Below, piece by piece: positions 25,901 to 40,249 of a DNA stretch of 64,000 bases. Each line of letters begins with the position of its first letter. The stretch's first letter is position 1. The notes beneath the pieces were generated by a model. That model did not search any database, was not told where the DNA came from, and saw nothing but the letters and a program-made list of their open reading frames with translations. A program made the position numbers and the translations under genes. The DNA lies in the NCBI GenBank assembly GCA_964276515.1, contig OZ193910.1, forward strand, positions 3,038,001-3,102,000, in the 5' to 3' direction. The DNA is from Gordius albopunctatus. Taxonomy: Eukaryota.

Positions 25901-26929
25901 CAGTTTGTCATTCGGTATATGCCACTGGGTATGATCTAAATCGATTTGTTTCTTTATATCTCCTATGTCATTTTTGATCAATTCTAGACTTTCATGAATT
26001 GATGTGTAATCTACTCTGTGTATCTGAGATTGAGATACGTTCTGATCAGTTGAAGTATTCTCGGTATCCTATTATATGGAATATATATAGTCGCATTACT
26101 TTGTTTTCTAGTTTATTTTTATAATAAATTAATAAAGAACAGAACATACCTTAGAAGCTATTAGAGCTGTTGAACCTATATAGGAAGGCAAAGCATTTTT
26201 TAGATTATTTTCTGGAATAAAAAAATTCATATATTAAAAAATTGAGGGTAAAATGTTTTAAGTCATAATATTTATTAATGATGAGAGTTATTATAAACCT
26301 ATCAATGCCATTCCAAGATTATTTTGTGTTTCAGATCCTTCAACATTTGTTTTATTCCTAAGGTTCAACATATTATATTCGTTATTGGCACGTCTCAAAA
26401 CACCCAAAAAAGATTGGGTATAATCCATAAGTCTTGCAATCAAATTCTGCGTTATTCTCGGTAAAATTTCAATAGATTCCTCAAGACTCTGCGAACTGCC
26501 AGCTCTATCCTGGGAATTTTCATCCTCAGCTGTTTTGATCGTCAGCAATGTGATTAGACTCAACCAAAACCAGTCGTTTAAATTCTTTACCGAGTCGGAT
26601 AATCCTAGTAAATCAGCCCCAGTGCTTAATGGAGGTGCTAATGGTAAACTATTGATCCAGCCCCATGGTAATAGTTGACCCCTTGCCAATGACCAACATA
26701 GCCCGGTAAAAAATTGGAAAAAAATTTCTAACAGAGCCGAAGGTAGGAAAAAGGTGTGATAATAGGAACACGTTACGAAGCTTGAAATCCAATCCATACA
26801 TTGAGAAGGAGCTGAAACGAATTGGTATAACAAATCGATTAAAATATCGGGTATAGTATCACTGTTAGATCCTCCAGGCCAAAAAGCCTCGAATAACCAA
26901 GACAATAGTGATTTCGTAGGTATCATCAT
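22994..26929 (-). CDS. Large uncharacterised protein: hydrophobic N-terminus, predicted coiled coil, long Ser/Thr/Pro-rich disordered region
   Basis: Phase-consistent exons 26929-26299, 26175-26150 (26 nt) and 26068 to about 22998 (includes the 995-aa ORF), joined by GT-AG introns. No family recognised. Confidence 0.75.
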
Positions 26930-28281
26930 AGCATGTTTGTGCTACATCTCCAGTTACTTCGTAATGATAAAGGGTGGGAAAACTTTAATTGGATTGAACA
27001 ATCGTTAGTTTGAGGAAGTATAGTTTTTAATTAAAACTTTTGTTAACATCAGTGGTTATTAAAAATTGTTTGACATCATAATATATTTGATTGTTGGTAA
27101 TAAAATTATTAGAGTTACCGAATTGCATCGGCTTATAAAGGCGACAATAATAAATCACTCATTCCAAAATATAAGGCTGAAGACTTATGAAGTACCCAAT
27201 GTTCCTTTTCAAGCATGGGCGTAGCCAGTTTTGGGATTAGAGGGGGCAATAATGATTTAGGGAGCGGCAAATGGAATATTTTTTGAAATTTTGGCCATAA
27301 ATTTCAACAAATTTTTAGATTTAGAGGGTAGCCGCCCCTCCCTGCCCTATTTTTAAGTTCTTATCAAGCCAGCGATCTTAAGCTATACGTTAAGATTAAT
27401 ACACTTTTCAATAAATTTCCTTACTATACATCCTCTATAACTGTCTATAAGTGCGTTTCCCACGACATGGCTTTTAAGATAATTAGGTCATTTATTGAAT
27501 TTGCATATTTCCTAAATTCCCAACTCAACTTGCAATTTCCTCCACATTTCAAGCATTATTACCAATTTTTAAAGAACGCGTTTAATTTAAAAGAAGAATG
27601 ATTTATGCCGTTGACGCACAAGATAGGCGTAGGCAGGGGGGGGGCACAGGAAGGGGCGCCTGCCCCCCTCTAAATTCAAAAATTCGTTAAAATTTCAAAA
27701 AGTGTTCATTTTTCCACTCCTTAAATCATTATTGCCCCCCCCCCCCCTAAAGTATGCACGTAAATAAAATCTAGCACTATAGCAAATGATCCTAAAATAG
27801 GATGCTTTATATATAAAATACAAGTTGATAATTATTATTTAAAAATCCCAAATGTTGTTAAAACACCTCGCATAGACCAGTTTATTTAGGCATTGAGGTT
27901 AAGGCTATGTAGTCGGCAATCCAAACAAGATATTATTTACAAAGTGATTGCGATATAAATAAAAACGAGGCTGTATTTTATAGATGTTGGCAAATAAATT
28001 TTGTGAATCTATTATATAACGAATATATTATTATAAGTCGATATATATAACAATGAGTGCATTTTGGGAGTTGTTAGTATTAAATAACGGTGCTTAACGA
28101 ACGAATCATCACGAAAGGAGGATAATTTTTAAGAAGAAGGGAGGAGGGGAGGGTGCAAGGTATTTGGTAAATTTTTAACGAAACCATTAAAACACACGAA
28201 GCTGAGTATCTTATAACGGTCCCTCTCTTTGTCACAGCGGACGCGATCAGATTTCTAAGGAGAGAGAGGATGCCGCTAGCT

Positions 28282-31200
28282 TTAAAATTCGGGTTTGTAA
28301 GATTCGTGAAAACCGTCGTATTGGACTCCCACGTCAAAGCAAACTTTAGCACCTCCTTCGGCGAGGGGTGACGACGACGACGAGAGTTGATTAACAAAGA
28401 CCCTCTCGAGGCTTATTTCGTTATTTTCGAGTGCTAAGCGCGACCTGGGGTTGAGTTGGGGAGATTCGGTCAACTTGAAAGAGGTGTACTCGTTAGAACT
28501 ATCGGGGGAGGAGGATGAGCATTGTCGACTGACACAGGCGGATGGAGCCCTTAACACACCATTTTTGGGGGAAGGGGAAGAGTGAAGGGGACGGGGTTGA
28601 TGGTGGTGCGTCGTATGATTCAAAAAAGCTCCAGCACTTTTTCTCCTAAATTTATGGTCGGTCGAACGGGAGTGGCCTTTGAGGAGGAGCGTTTTGTAAT
28701 GCGGGGCCGTACGACTGCCTGGGCCAAGTCTAAAGAAATCAGACAGAAATGTTAAATAAGGGTAATAATATGGTCTGGTAGGTAGTGTCTTTTGGTGATA
28801 TAACTTGCAGAGCCTTTTGGTATCACTCAATAAAAAACATATTTGAAAGACATGCCTCAATAGCGGATTTAGATTATGCCCTCCTACTAATATCCTATTA
28901 ATCCCAGTTGCATTGAACTTATATTTCACCTTGACCTTTTGCAAAGTTAAATTAAATTATAATTTAACTGCATTCCAACTAAAAGAATATTTGCATCTGA
29001 ATAATATTCATTATTTGCTGCTTATATTAAAATAAACAAGGGTTATTATATCCTGCCAAGCAAAATTTGATAATAGAACACAAGGGACTTTCAAAAGATA
29101 GTGGATGAAGAACCCACATTGAAAGTAAAAATCTTATTGACATTTATAATGAAAATCTTAAATTCCCCCACCTCTAAGTGTAAATTTTCCAAAAGGGATC
29201 CTCTAAATACTAACCCTCAAAAGTGTATGTTATAAAAGATACATTTCGTTTCTAACGAGAAGTGTACAACAGTCTTAAAGTCCAGCCCCAAAACAAGGTC
29301 TTTAACCATTCCATTTAAAGCCGCCGCAGAGTAAATTTCGAAAATACTGGTATACACTTACACACAGAGTAAAGCGATAGGCACACAATGACTAACCTAT
29401 CTTTAGAGTTGCCAATAGGCTCTTCCAAGTGGTCGGCTCCCAGGACGGGCGAAGATATTTTAGGAGTATCCACAGCTTTGGAATTATTGCTGCTATTCAT
29501 ATCGCGTTCTATGACGAACGTACTCATAGCACGAGCCCCGCTCCGGTTATTAACGTTGCCGGGCGATCTATAATTATGATGATGGTTACTTTGCGCCATC
29601 AAAACGCTGACTAGAGTCAATTTACGAGCCGGAGTCATAAACATATCTTTTATGGTCGAAGGTTCGGCCGGACTAGCTTGGTCCCGAAACGACGAATCAC
29701 GTTCTAGAGCCCTTCGGTAGAGGGCTTCCTTCCTGTAGTAATGGTGGAGCAGGATAGAAAGGATAAAGCATTCCAAAACCAGCAGCAAGTGGTTAAGTTC
29801 TACAAATGTGACGAAGGAGAACATACGTAAAAATCAAGATATGTTTAGTGGTAATGTCATAAAAAGAGGCAATGGCATGGGCGGCCAGCTGTCCCCCTCT
29901 AAATCCAAAAAATTGTAGAAACTTATTAAAATTATGGCTAAAATATCAAATAAAAGTCACTTTGCCTCTCCCTAAATCCAAACCTGGCTATGCCCTTGGG
30001 CAATGGCTTATAAATAAGATGGATCTATCAGAAAAGCTAATTTGTATTTGTTGACAAGTTGTAAGGCTGGATTGATCAACGAATTGTTAACTGTAAATAT
30101 ACCTACTTAAAAAGAATGGACAGCAAATAATTCTTTAAAATGTTTTATTCTTCTGTTTTAGTTTTAAAAGTAGTTTCTCATGTAGTCTCCTAATTTTCCC
30201 CTGCCTACGGTAAACCACATTTTTGGCTAGGTAAAAATAATATAATTTAGGAAAATTTTGCCTCTAAAAATACTTTGATACGAAATAGGATTAAAAAAGA
30301 ACAGGTGGTCCCATATTTCCGTTATCCTTTATTATAAAATATATTTAATTTTATGCCCTCTCTCCTTCTCACCTAGACCGCGGGTTTTTGTGTAGAATGG
30401 AGCAACGCAAGGCAGGATATCTTTGGTTGTCAGGAGATCTAGGATCGAGCCTTGCAAATTACTGAATATCAAGACGAGTTGGATGCTGATGAATTTCGCC
30501 AAAAGGTGATGTTCTTTCAAGTGATTTTTAGCGAGGCGAAACGTAACCACGAGGCCGTACATCCCGATTATCGTGGAGATGGACGTCATGATAGTGAGGT
30601 AAAGGTAGGCGTTAGCCAAATCGATCTGCCACATTAATTTTATTATCACACCACGTGTACAAAGATGTAATTTTATGAAGTTCCTAAAAATAGTAAAACC
30701 CTCTGAGGGGGTAGGCGAAGCTAGTAGTTTGACTTATGCCTCTCTCGAGCTAATTTAGCTTAGTTCTCCATTGATGTGATATTATGATTGCATCGAGATT
30801 ACAAAGCCAAGCCAAAAATTTATATAAATAAAGCATTGTTAGGCCAATGAACGATAGAAGCTTATGAGAGAGTAAAAATTTTAAAAGCTATGCATTTACC
30901 TAATACCAAGGATTTTAAATTAGATTTCGAGCCTTAACTCCGGCTTATAGTTAAGAGTAGAGTTGTTATATTGCTAACTTTCTTCAACTCCAGCTACCAA
31001 CTGCTCGAGTTTCTGCTCGGCCCTCGAGCATTTTTATATGCTACTGCTCTGCTTAGTGCACCAAAAGCGAGCACACATTGTGCTAACGCGCATATTAAGC
31101 AACTCAGTGTGTGTGCTCGCGTCTGGAGTTTGAAGAAAGTTAGCAATTTAACAACTCTAGTTAAGAGTAACATATTTGCATGGAAGGATCTAGCTGTTTG

Positions 31201-34200
31201 CCATTATACGACTATTCGAACTGACGATTAATTTTGTTTATATACTCTTAAAGATAATCTTGCAAATAACGATAAAATAATAATCATTACTAAAGCTAAA
31301 ACAAACATTTTGGAAATTTATAAAAATTGTGGTAGGTAATAGTTAAGAAGGTTACTTGGCCCGGTGTGTAGCTTCCGTCGGTCCATAGAACGGAAGCGAT
31401 AAATATGAGAAGGGGCCTGACTAAGGCAGTTTGAAATACGATTGCTTTGAGCCGAGTGAAATTTTTCCTGCGAATTAAGCAAAGAAAATTGGTGCATACA
31501 TAAAATGATCCTACCATTAAATTGTTTATTTAATGTAGCGTTCCCTTTAGTTTATGAATTAGCGATTTTATTCTGAAAAAAACGCCTTTTTAAAAAATGT
31601 GTTTACCGTATTCAAAAATTCCTTGTTTATGATAGGTACACATTGCTGTAAATATTTAATTTCTAAAATTTTTACCTATCGAGCTCATCGAGATCGAGTG
31701 TTTATAAAAGGTTAGTAAACAAAGTCCGCTAAAAGTTGCCAGAGATTACAAATTTATATATTGAATTGTAACCACATATCTAACTAGTTTTAAAAATCAA
31801 GAATTTATAAATAAAAATCAAATAATTCCTAAAGTACAAAATGTATAGAAAATTTAAAATTTTCTGTACAGGACCTTCTTCCCTACCCATTATGACGTGA
31901 TGACATAAAATTAGAAAGCGACCGTCATTTTTGTAAGATGACCGTTTCCGCTTAGTTTGCGCGCCATAGCATCGCAAAAAATGAAGTGAAACGACACATT
32001 TATATCGAGCCCGGAGGCGCCATTACTTTTGCCAAAACTGAAACGAATTAATAGGAAAGTAGTGATTAATTTCATAACGCCTTAGTTATTCCAGAAATCT
32101 ACGTTTTGTAAATTATAAGTAAATAAAAAAATAATCTATCTATTACATATTAGATGAGTTAATCCGACGAGGCCTTTATCGAGTCATACAGGCATAGAGC
32201 AAGTCGCGAAAAAATTGGTTTTGTTAGTGTGGGCGGGCGGGCTAATTTTTGGTAGTATTTAGGGATTTCAAAAAAACTCGGGAGGGGCAATCAAGTAGAT
32301 ATTAGTTTTTAAACATGGTTACGCAATATATTTTGGAACCTTAAATATTCATAATAATTTTATTTTAGTGTATATTATAGACGGTAAAGCAAGTTGAGTT
32401 GCGATATTAATTATATGTTTTTTATAGTTTATAGTATCAATCAATGAAGATGTATTCTACCTTTCTGAGTTTTACATTGCGCAAATCCAAAATTCAGATA
32501 TAACTTAAAAGAAATTAATCAATGTATGAGATTAATTAATCATATATTTCGATATTAATTATAAAATATTATATATAATATCATTAATTTAAACGATACG
32601 TCTTTTATGCAATATAGAATTCATAACCTTCAACCCGACGCGGACCCGAGTTTAAAAATTTTCAACCCGAACCCGACTCGATCCGAAAGCGTTTTTAAAA
32701 CATAATAAATAATCATTTGTTAATATTTTACCTTTCGTGATTCAACTTTAAATTGAATATTTAATTATATCTTTATGTAGTTAAATTTATAATTTACTTT
32801 ATAGACACTATAAACAATAATAAATACTCATTTGTTAATATTTTACCTTTCGTGATTCAGCTATAAATTTAAATTTGACTCCAAATTAAACGAATTAAAA
32901 AAATAGAAAAGGAAATTGATTTTTATACGAATGAATGATTATAATTAGTTATACAATTCGATATTGTTTTAAAAAAATTATAGATAATAACATTAATTTA
33001 ACAAATACTACGTTTCGTTCATTTTGTAATTCATATCCTTTGACCTCGACTCTATAAATCCAACCCGACCCGAATGCATTCTAAGATTTTCAACCCGAAC
33101 CCGGAACCCGACCCATGGGCCTAGGCAGAGAGGGGCGGCTGTCCCCTCTAATCCAGAAATTAGCTAAAATTTAATATAATTAAGATTTAAATCTTAAAAA
33201 ATTATCATTTTGCCCCTGTTAAATCATTATTGCCCCCCCCCCCACGGCTTATTTGCAAATGTTGTGATCATCACGAAAAAGCATAAAATGATTATTATTA
33301 CTTATCGACAAACACCATGGGTAGGCAGGGGCAACAACAAGCCAAAGGAGGACTTTGGAGCGGAATCGGCGTTTCCGAGAGTATGTCTAGCATGCAAGAT
33401 TTTCCTCCGAAATACTCTACTATGAGTTGGAAGAACTGAAATACGGAGATGGAAAGGTAGCTAAATGAATGAATGGTTGGAAGCAATCAATTTTCTATCA
33501 CGGAATCCTTCAAAGCTTTATTATTCGGCGACTAAGAAAAAGGGAGCAAAAGGCGTTAGTTTGTTCTTCGTATTTAGTCGACTAAAAACAAAAGGCGGTG
33601 CACCAATCGATACCCACCCATTTTCGCAACACTACCTTTACAGGTATGACGTGTATCGAAATTTAGATTTGTAAATTGTGCTAAAACAACCAAATTAAAA
33701 TTGAGCTCTTACGTTGCAATTGCAGCATTTTGCAAAAAATGATAAAGTTTGAATGAGGGCGGGGGGGGGGCACAATGGTGATTTGGAGGGGCAAAACGAT
33801 AAAAGTTCATTTTAACTTTGCTGACATATTTTAGAAATTTAGGTAGTGTGGGCCCTGCCTCCCCCTGGCTAGGACTATGATGTGCCCTACGTAACTATTA
33901 TAAAAGTTCGCTTTTTAGTATTATTTGTATTTAAAAGGTTGAAAAATAAGTTTCGTTACGTTTTCGCTCGAATATTCAATTTGGATCATGTCGAGAAGCA
34001 AAAATAGTGGTTTCAATCCTGGTTGGGGTTAGTTAGCGTCCAACAACAATATTTAAGCAAATTTTTAAGAAAATTCAAAAAATTTGCCCAGCATGGCTGA
34101 AATGTTTAACTTACACGGAAGCCACAAAGTCCACTAGGACACCCGCGCGAGGCACATAAATCCCGAGGAGAGACGTCATCGAGTATACCTGTATGGTAAA

Positions 34201-37089
34201 GCATCGTTCATTTTAACCGTAAAAAGCACTCATTTTTTAAAACATTACATCAACTATTTTACGAAACTATGTTAAATCTCCATTTTCTACTTTTTAAATT
34301 CATTTTAACGCTATATATACGAGTGTTGTAAAAAGGGCTGGATCTATATCGCGACACCACGAGCAACCTTAATTCAACCTCGCGTTAAATAGTGAACCAA
34401 ACGATCACGGGCCTTGCCAAGAGGGAAGGGGCAAGAAGGGGCAGTCCCCCCCCCGCCCTCTAAATGCAAAAATTTATTAAAATCATGGTTACAATTTCAA
34501 AAAATGTTCATTTTGCGCCTCCCTAAATCATTATTGCCCCCTCCCCCCCCCCCCATAATTTCGATGCTGGCCACGCCCATGCAAACATTTTAGCCTACCC
34601 AATTATGCTGGTGCCAATTGACAAAATTATTGACGGCTCGCATCGCTATCCAAGGCAACATGCTAAAACCCATAAAAACCATTACGTAACAAGGAAACGG
34701 AAATTTGGCAAATAAAATCATTAAGGTTCATAAAAAAGGGTTTTAAAACGTAAATTCCACGTCGCTTTCCTCAATCCAACTAAATCCCGGCGGATTTAAA
34801 CACAAAACAGGCCGGTTTTTTCGCTGCGAAATTTGGAGGCAAATTGGTTACTTCCGAGAGAGATAGATAGATAATAACAAAATTTTATCGCATTTTTGAA
34901 ACAAAAATTTTGTGGTAAAATGACACGAAATCGGGTGGGATCACAGCGAGGAAGGAAGGGCAAAAAGGAAGATGACATCACAATTTTTAGGCGAAAAAAA
35001 TGTGTCAGATCAGATATTTTAAGAAGTCCCCAAGGTCAAAAAATGACATTTAGAGAGAGAGAGAACATTGGTGGTTCAGTTAAATTAAGAATCAAACGAG
35101 CCTTGATTCGGGTGTGTCGAGATTGGTTATTATTATTTATTATTATGAATTATGCATTTTATGGGCCCCCCGCTTCTGTCCAACTTGTAACTTTGGAATA
35201 GTTGCCGTGAAATTTTTGAGCTTGTTGTATTATATGAGCTGGGAAATATTTGTGCCACACAATTCGTCGATACATCCACGGCAAAATGGTGAAATGGGCG
35301 AACTTTTAATTGCTCTGCAATTTATGGGCTCGCTACTCGTTATTTTTAAAAATTGCCGGCGAAACTTATACGGGTTCTCAATGCCCTGCGGATTAAGATC
35401 CTACGGAAGACTTTTATTTTGCTCTCGCGTGTAGACTAGCTGATGACCGTTTCTTGGCTCACATTTTATTATCATTATTGCTATTTTCCAACGTTTTCAC
35501 AAGGTTGGTAGAATCGTAGCATCGTATAACAACTCGTGGCTTAATTTAATTAACCTTTCCTACAGGCTAGTAAATGGGACGTGATTCCTGTATCGATTCA
35601 CTAATTTAAAAAATCGTCTTATGTACGGTGCCCATCAAGTCGCCGAATTTAATGTCCCCCGGTTACAAAAGGTCGCGTAACTTAAAATCGTCCCCCATTC
35701 AACCAATCACAAAATGTCCCAGGTGAATTCGGCGAGATTGTTTTCCGCGAGTTGACGAGCCACCATTAGAGATTATACATAGACTAGAAGAACGAAGGGG
35801 GGAGCACATATAGATTATAGGTTTTGGTTATTTAAAGAGTTTTTCACGGGCGTAGCAAGGGGAAGGGTCCCAAATGACGTAAAATATTTTTCCCGATGCA
35901 AAAACCCTTATAAACCCAAAAAAATTTATGTTTTGCCTCCCCCTAATCCAAAACCTGGCTAAGTCCATGGAATTAGTTAAACAAAACCGCATTTTTAAGT
36001 GTGTATATATATATATACCATATTTATAAAAATAAAAATACTGTGATGGAGGAGCAATTTACTGCCATCTGCATTTTATTAAATAATAATCATTTGTTAA
36101 CATTCTTTTGATTAACTAGTGAGGGAGCTAAATTCAAATGGGAAAATTAATGGTACGTACAACTGTATGTAGTCTATGATGGTTATATGACAATTATTTT
36201 ATTTGTCAATTTCCTTTGTGGTGAATAGATTTTAATCCCTTTTTATCGATCTCAAATGTACAAATTTCCCCAAATAATTGATTCAAAAAACGTGTCCTTA
36301 ATTTGTTGCGAGCGAATCTTTTAAGCTAAAAACTTGAGGAGTGTAGTTATTTTAAAAATCTGTAAAACAGGCAGGCAGTTAGCATGTATTAATTTGCTAA
36401 TGGCGGCGGCCTAAGATTTGCGTAGCACTAAATTTATTTAACGATGATGCGTACGCTATAATAAAATTAGGTGAGTTTTCAAGTGATAAACTTGGGATAA
36501 AACATCGCCTCCTTTTGTCATTCAATAAAGGAGAAGGGGTAGCCACCCCTTAGTCCTTTTAGCATCGCTAAAGAGACGACGCCGTTTAACTAGCGACCGC
36601 ACTGAATTATTATCGAAAAATCAATAAAAATATTGCGTCTAAAATTTTATAAAAATATAATTTTAAAAAGCAATCATACCAAATTATGTCGATTCTCAAC
36701 TTTGCTCCCCCCATCCAAAAAGTATGAGCAAATTTTAATAGATGTCATATAAACTAGACTCATAGATAGGGCTAGTTTTTCAACTCATTCATAGGAATAG
36801 GATATTAAAATTTTGCTATAATGGTCCCCAACTTAAACTCAAACTTGCTTCCTAATTGAGCGTTTTAGCCGGAAAAAGTGAGCGATCGCACTAAAATATG
36901 TTGAGGGATCGAGGCTAAATCTTTGAAAAAAATTACCGGAAAGATGCCGATTAGCCAATACAGGCGTTCCTTGTGTGATTTGTAAGGCACTTTGACGTGG
37001 ATGAAATAGAGCTCGTCCGCAAAAACGAGGCAAGTGAAAAGGGAGAGGAGTGTGGCTATCGACAATATGACGTAGCCCAATGGCGTCAT
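28282..37089 (-). CDS. SLC51A: Organic solute transporter alpha-like protein (OSTalpha/SLC51A, Solute_trans_a family), about 533 aa from the ATG at 37089
   Basis: Phase-consistent exons 37091/37089-36937, 34188-34115, 33460-33302, 31467-31356, 30625-30373, 29799-29397 and 28729-28282. Hallmarks: GIYVPRA, YFGG, Cys cluster PPLACCCPCLP, KFISIQLVLIFSNLQ, NHLLLVLECF...YYRK. An AG precedes 37091, so further 5' exons may exist. Confidence 0.85.
30958..31159. mobile_element. MITE family C (intronic in the OSTalpha-like gene)
   Basis: Same TIRs as 15676-15878; perfect TSD gttaagag. Confidence 0.9.
34406..34581. mobile_element. MITE family A
   Basis: cacgggc...cgcccatg termini; flanks caaacgat / caaacatt (6/8). 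Confidence 0.7.
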
Positions 37090-37868
37090 CGCTAGGCGAA
37101 AATTGGCGAGAAAAAAACATAAATTTATTTATTCAAAAATTATTATCGAGAATAAAACATAAATTAATTTATTATAAGATCCCTTTTAAAATCCCTGCCC
37201 TGCTACGGTTGTTATCGCTACCATAGAAATCATGGAAAATCGGGATGATAAAATCAATATTTTGCAATGTTAAAAATAGGCACACCTAGTAGAGAGCCCC
37301 GAAAAAGGAATTTCTTCGGCCCTAGTTCGAAACTTTTCATTCAATTTTTCCCTGGCCCAAAACCGAGGCCAGCCCCCCGACTTTTTTTTACAGAATAACC
37401 ACCCACACTTTTCACTTGGCATAAAAAGTTTTGGCCTCCTCTAAACTAAATAGCCTACTAAACAATAAAATTAGTAAAATGTTTTAGATCGACCCGAGGT
37501 CCGATTAAATTTTAATTTTTGGCCCCATTTTGGCCCGGCCGCAGGGCTCTACATGCACCTAGGTAATCTAACATACGCGAGTTAAAACTTTAAGTTTTAC
37601 AGTGCGCGCGCTGGTGTTTGGGTGTTTAAACAATTTTTTAAAGGGGCCGAGATGAAGTAATATAATTAGAAATTGGAGATAGGGAGGGATCATTAATAAT
37701 AGCGTCACCTCAAAGTTTTGGTCATCAAATTTTATCGATAAAATGTCTACCCATATGTACGGATGATTAATTTTTGAATTATCTCTTTTCCGAAAACTGC
37801 AAAAATTAAACCAATTCAAAATTTAGAAGGACCGACGCGAAGAAATATTTTGTGTTTAGCCCTGACTA

Positions 37869-37989
37869 CGTAGGCGTTGCCAGGGGGTGGCATGAAGGGG
37901 CGACTGCCCCCTCTAAATTCAAAAAATCTAGGAAATTTAATATAATTATGGGCAAAATTTTAGTAATCCAATCCATACGCGTACCCATG
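37869..37989. mobile_element. MITE family A (short, degenerate)
   Basis: Family core ggggcgactgccccctctaaattcaaaaa; flanks cctgacta / cctggcta (7/8). Confidence 0.7.
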
Positions 37990-40249
37990 CCTGGCTATGT
38001 ATAATCATATGATCCATTTTTCAAAATACGGGAGTTCCTTGAAAATTCGAATTTATTATTATTATAGAATTCAAACAATCTGACCCACAAAACACTTCTA
38101 CAAATGTCAAAAACGTCGATAATCTTAGGGCAATAATTATTGATGCATTACGGGGTTTTAGCTACCTTTAAAACCCCCTACTTCTAGCAGGAACCTAGCA
38201 AAACCGGCGACAGAAGCGGACATTATTTAGGGAATAAAGACCGATAGCCCCGCCATTACCTACAGCAGCAGTCTCGAATCATTGAATATCGGGAAATATT
38301 AAATCGCGTATCTGTTCCTCATAGATTATGTTATGATGTACACCTCCTCATCCTTCTAATTATATCATCATTATCAATATATAGGACAAAATAATTCAGG
38401 GGTTGAGTAATATTGAATCGGATCGATCGATTTTATCATGGAACGGGGGTAATAGGGGTTATTTGAATGAGTGCTAGATATAGGATAGATATGAATGAGG
38501 CAGCCTAAATAAATTAGGCGCCACCCGCCGCCGCCCGCCGAACTAGGAACTAATTTGGGGCAATTTATATTTGACACGTGGCAAATCGTTGTCGCATACG
38601 ATGTACATGTGGGTAGCCAAGAGGGTCCCTCTAATTCCAATAAGTAAATACTAGTGTTGTAAAAAGGGCTGGTTTTCTGTTTAGTCAACAACCTTTGGTT
38701 TTGGTCGAATAAACAACATAAAGAGACCAAAGATTTTTTATCTGTTTTTCTTATGGCTTGTCTTAATATGGGATTTTGCTGCGCAGCAAAAATCGTGGTA
38801 AGTGTTATAACATAGCCCCGTGTCCTAACTTCGAATGCGATTTTGTAAGATGCAAATTTTTTCCTGAGCTTAAATCTTGTATGTTTTTGCATTTTTACGC
38901 ATCAGCAAAGTTCAGATATAATCTTAAGAGTTGAAATAAACAAAAAACCGTTTTTAACTATCAAAAAACAAAATATTAATAAGTAAAATCGTGTTTGAGG
39001 CACACGAAATTGAATCGGATATTTAGACAAAAATAAATTCGCGCGATATCAATCTTAATCCGATACTAAGACAAGCCCTTAGTCGGCCCTAAGCCAAGTC
39101 GAAATTTGAAAAAGAGACCAGAATCGACCGAAAGTCTTAGCCCCCCCCCCCCGTCTTAATATACGATTCAATTTCAAGCGCCATATTTTTGTTTGTCTAA
39201 ATATGCGATATACTACATGTCGTGGGATGAACAATTTCAATTTAGTTACCATATATATAGGAATATGCATTAATAAGCGTAATTAAAGGATATAAATATA
39301 TTTGTTTTTTTATGAGCCAAAAACAGAACAAAAGTAGGAAAAAATGAGGTGACGCTCGTATTAAGTTCCTTTTTTTTTGCATCTGTGCAAAATCGCACGA
39401 ACAAAAGTTCGACCAAACAAAACTCAATCGTTTTTACAACACCTAATATAATACTATTAAATATGCCTAAAAAATCGACAAAAAAAATCATCTCATATTT
39501 CGCCGAAATTCCAAAATCAAGAGAGCCAAAATGAATAAAAAAATTTAAATTACATTCCAATAGCCATGCTTTTGTAAATATTGTATACAAAAGCCTTCCC
39601 ATATATGTAGGATGATGGTAAAAAGTTGCGGAGGGACGGCAAAAAAATATTATAACGCCTATTTAACAATTTATGTCATATAGCACGGGCTTAGCCAGGG
39701 GGGGGGGGCAGGTTGGGGCGGCTGCCCCGCTCTAAATCCAAAAATTTGTTGAAATTTATGCCTAAAATTTGAGAAAATGATCATTTTGCCCCGCCCCTCT
39801 TATCCCGTGCTACTCCCCAATATGGAACAACACGACTAAAGTTGCCGAACGAATCGCAATCGTTTAACAAAAAACACTGAACCCTATCGCAATTTGGGAT
39901 TCGCCTTGTTTGGGCGACCTTTGCGGGTCTGTTTTTGGAATTTCGGCTAAGCCCACAGGTCTGTCGACTAGAAAACCGGACCAAATAAACATTTGATCGA
40001 TTCATTTTATAATGTTTAATCGCCTAAAACTAAAGAGGTGACCCACACAAATCCCAGCCGCTTTGAAATACTATACTAATATTAATTGTTATGCAATTTA
40101 TACTGTCTTCTACCTTTTCCAACTTTTGATATATTAATAAGGATCTAAGATTGTGGTGACGTTTTATCGAGTTTGACTAAAGATTAAAATGCTAAACAGT
40201 TTATTTAACAACAAAAACTTGTTTCGCAACTTCTCCCAAACATTTTAAG

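Noticed and set aside
22022..25934. Plus-strand ORFs opposite the orphan gene, and similar ones opposite OSTalpha and the RTE
   Set aside because: These are short antisense shadows of real coding sequence with no independent support.
35433..35820. Helitron-like element starting actagctgatgaccg
   Set aside because: Only the 5' end is suggestive; no convincing 3' hairpin or second copy was found in the window.
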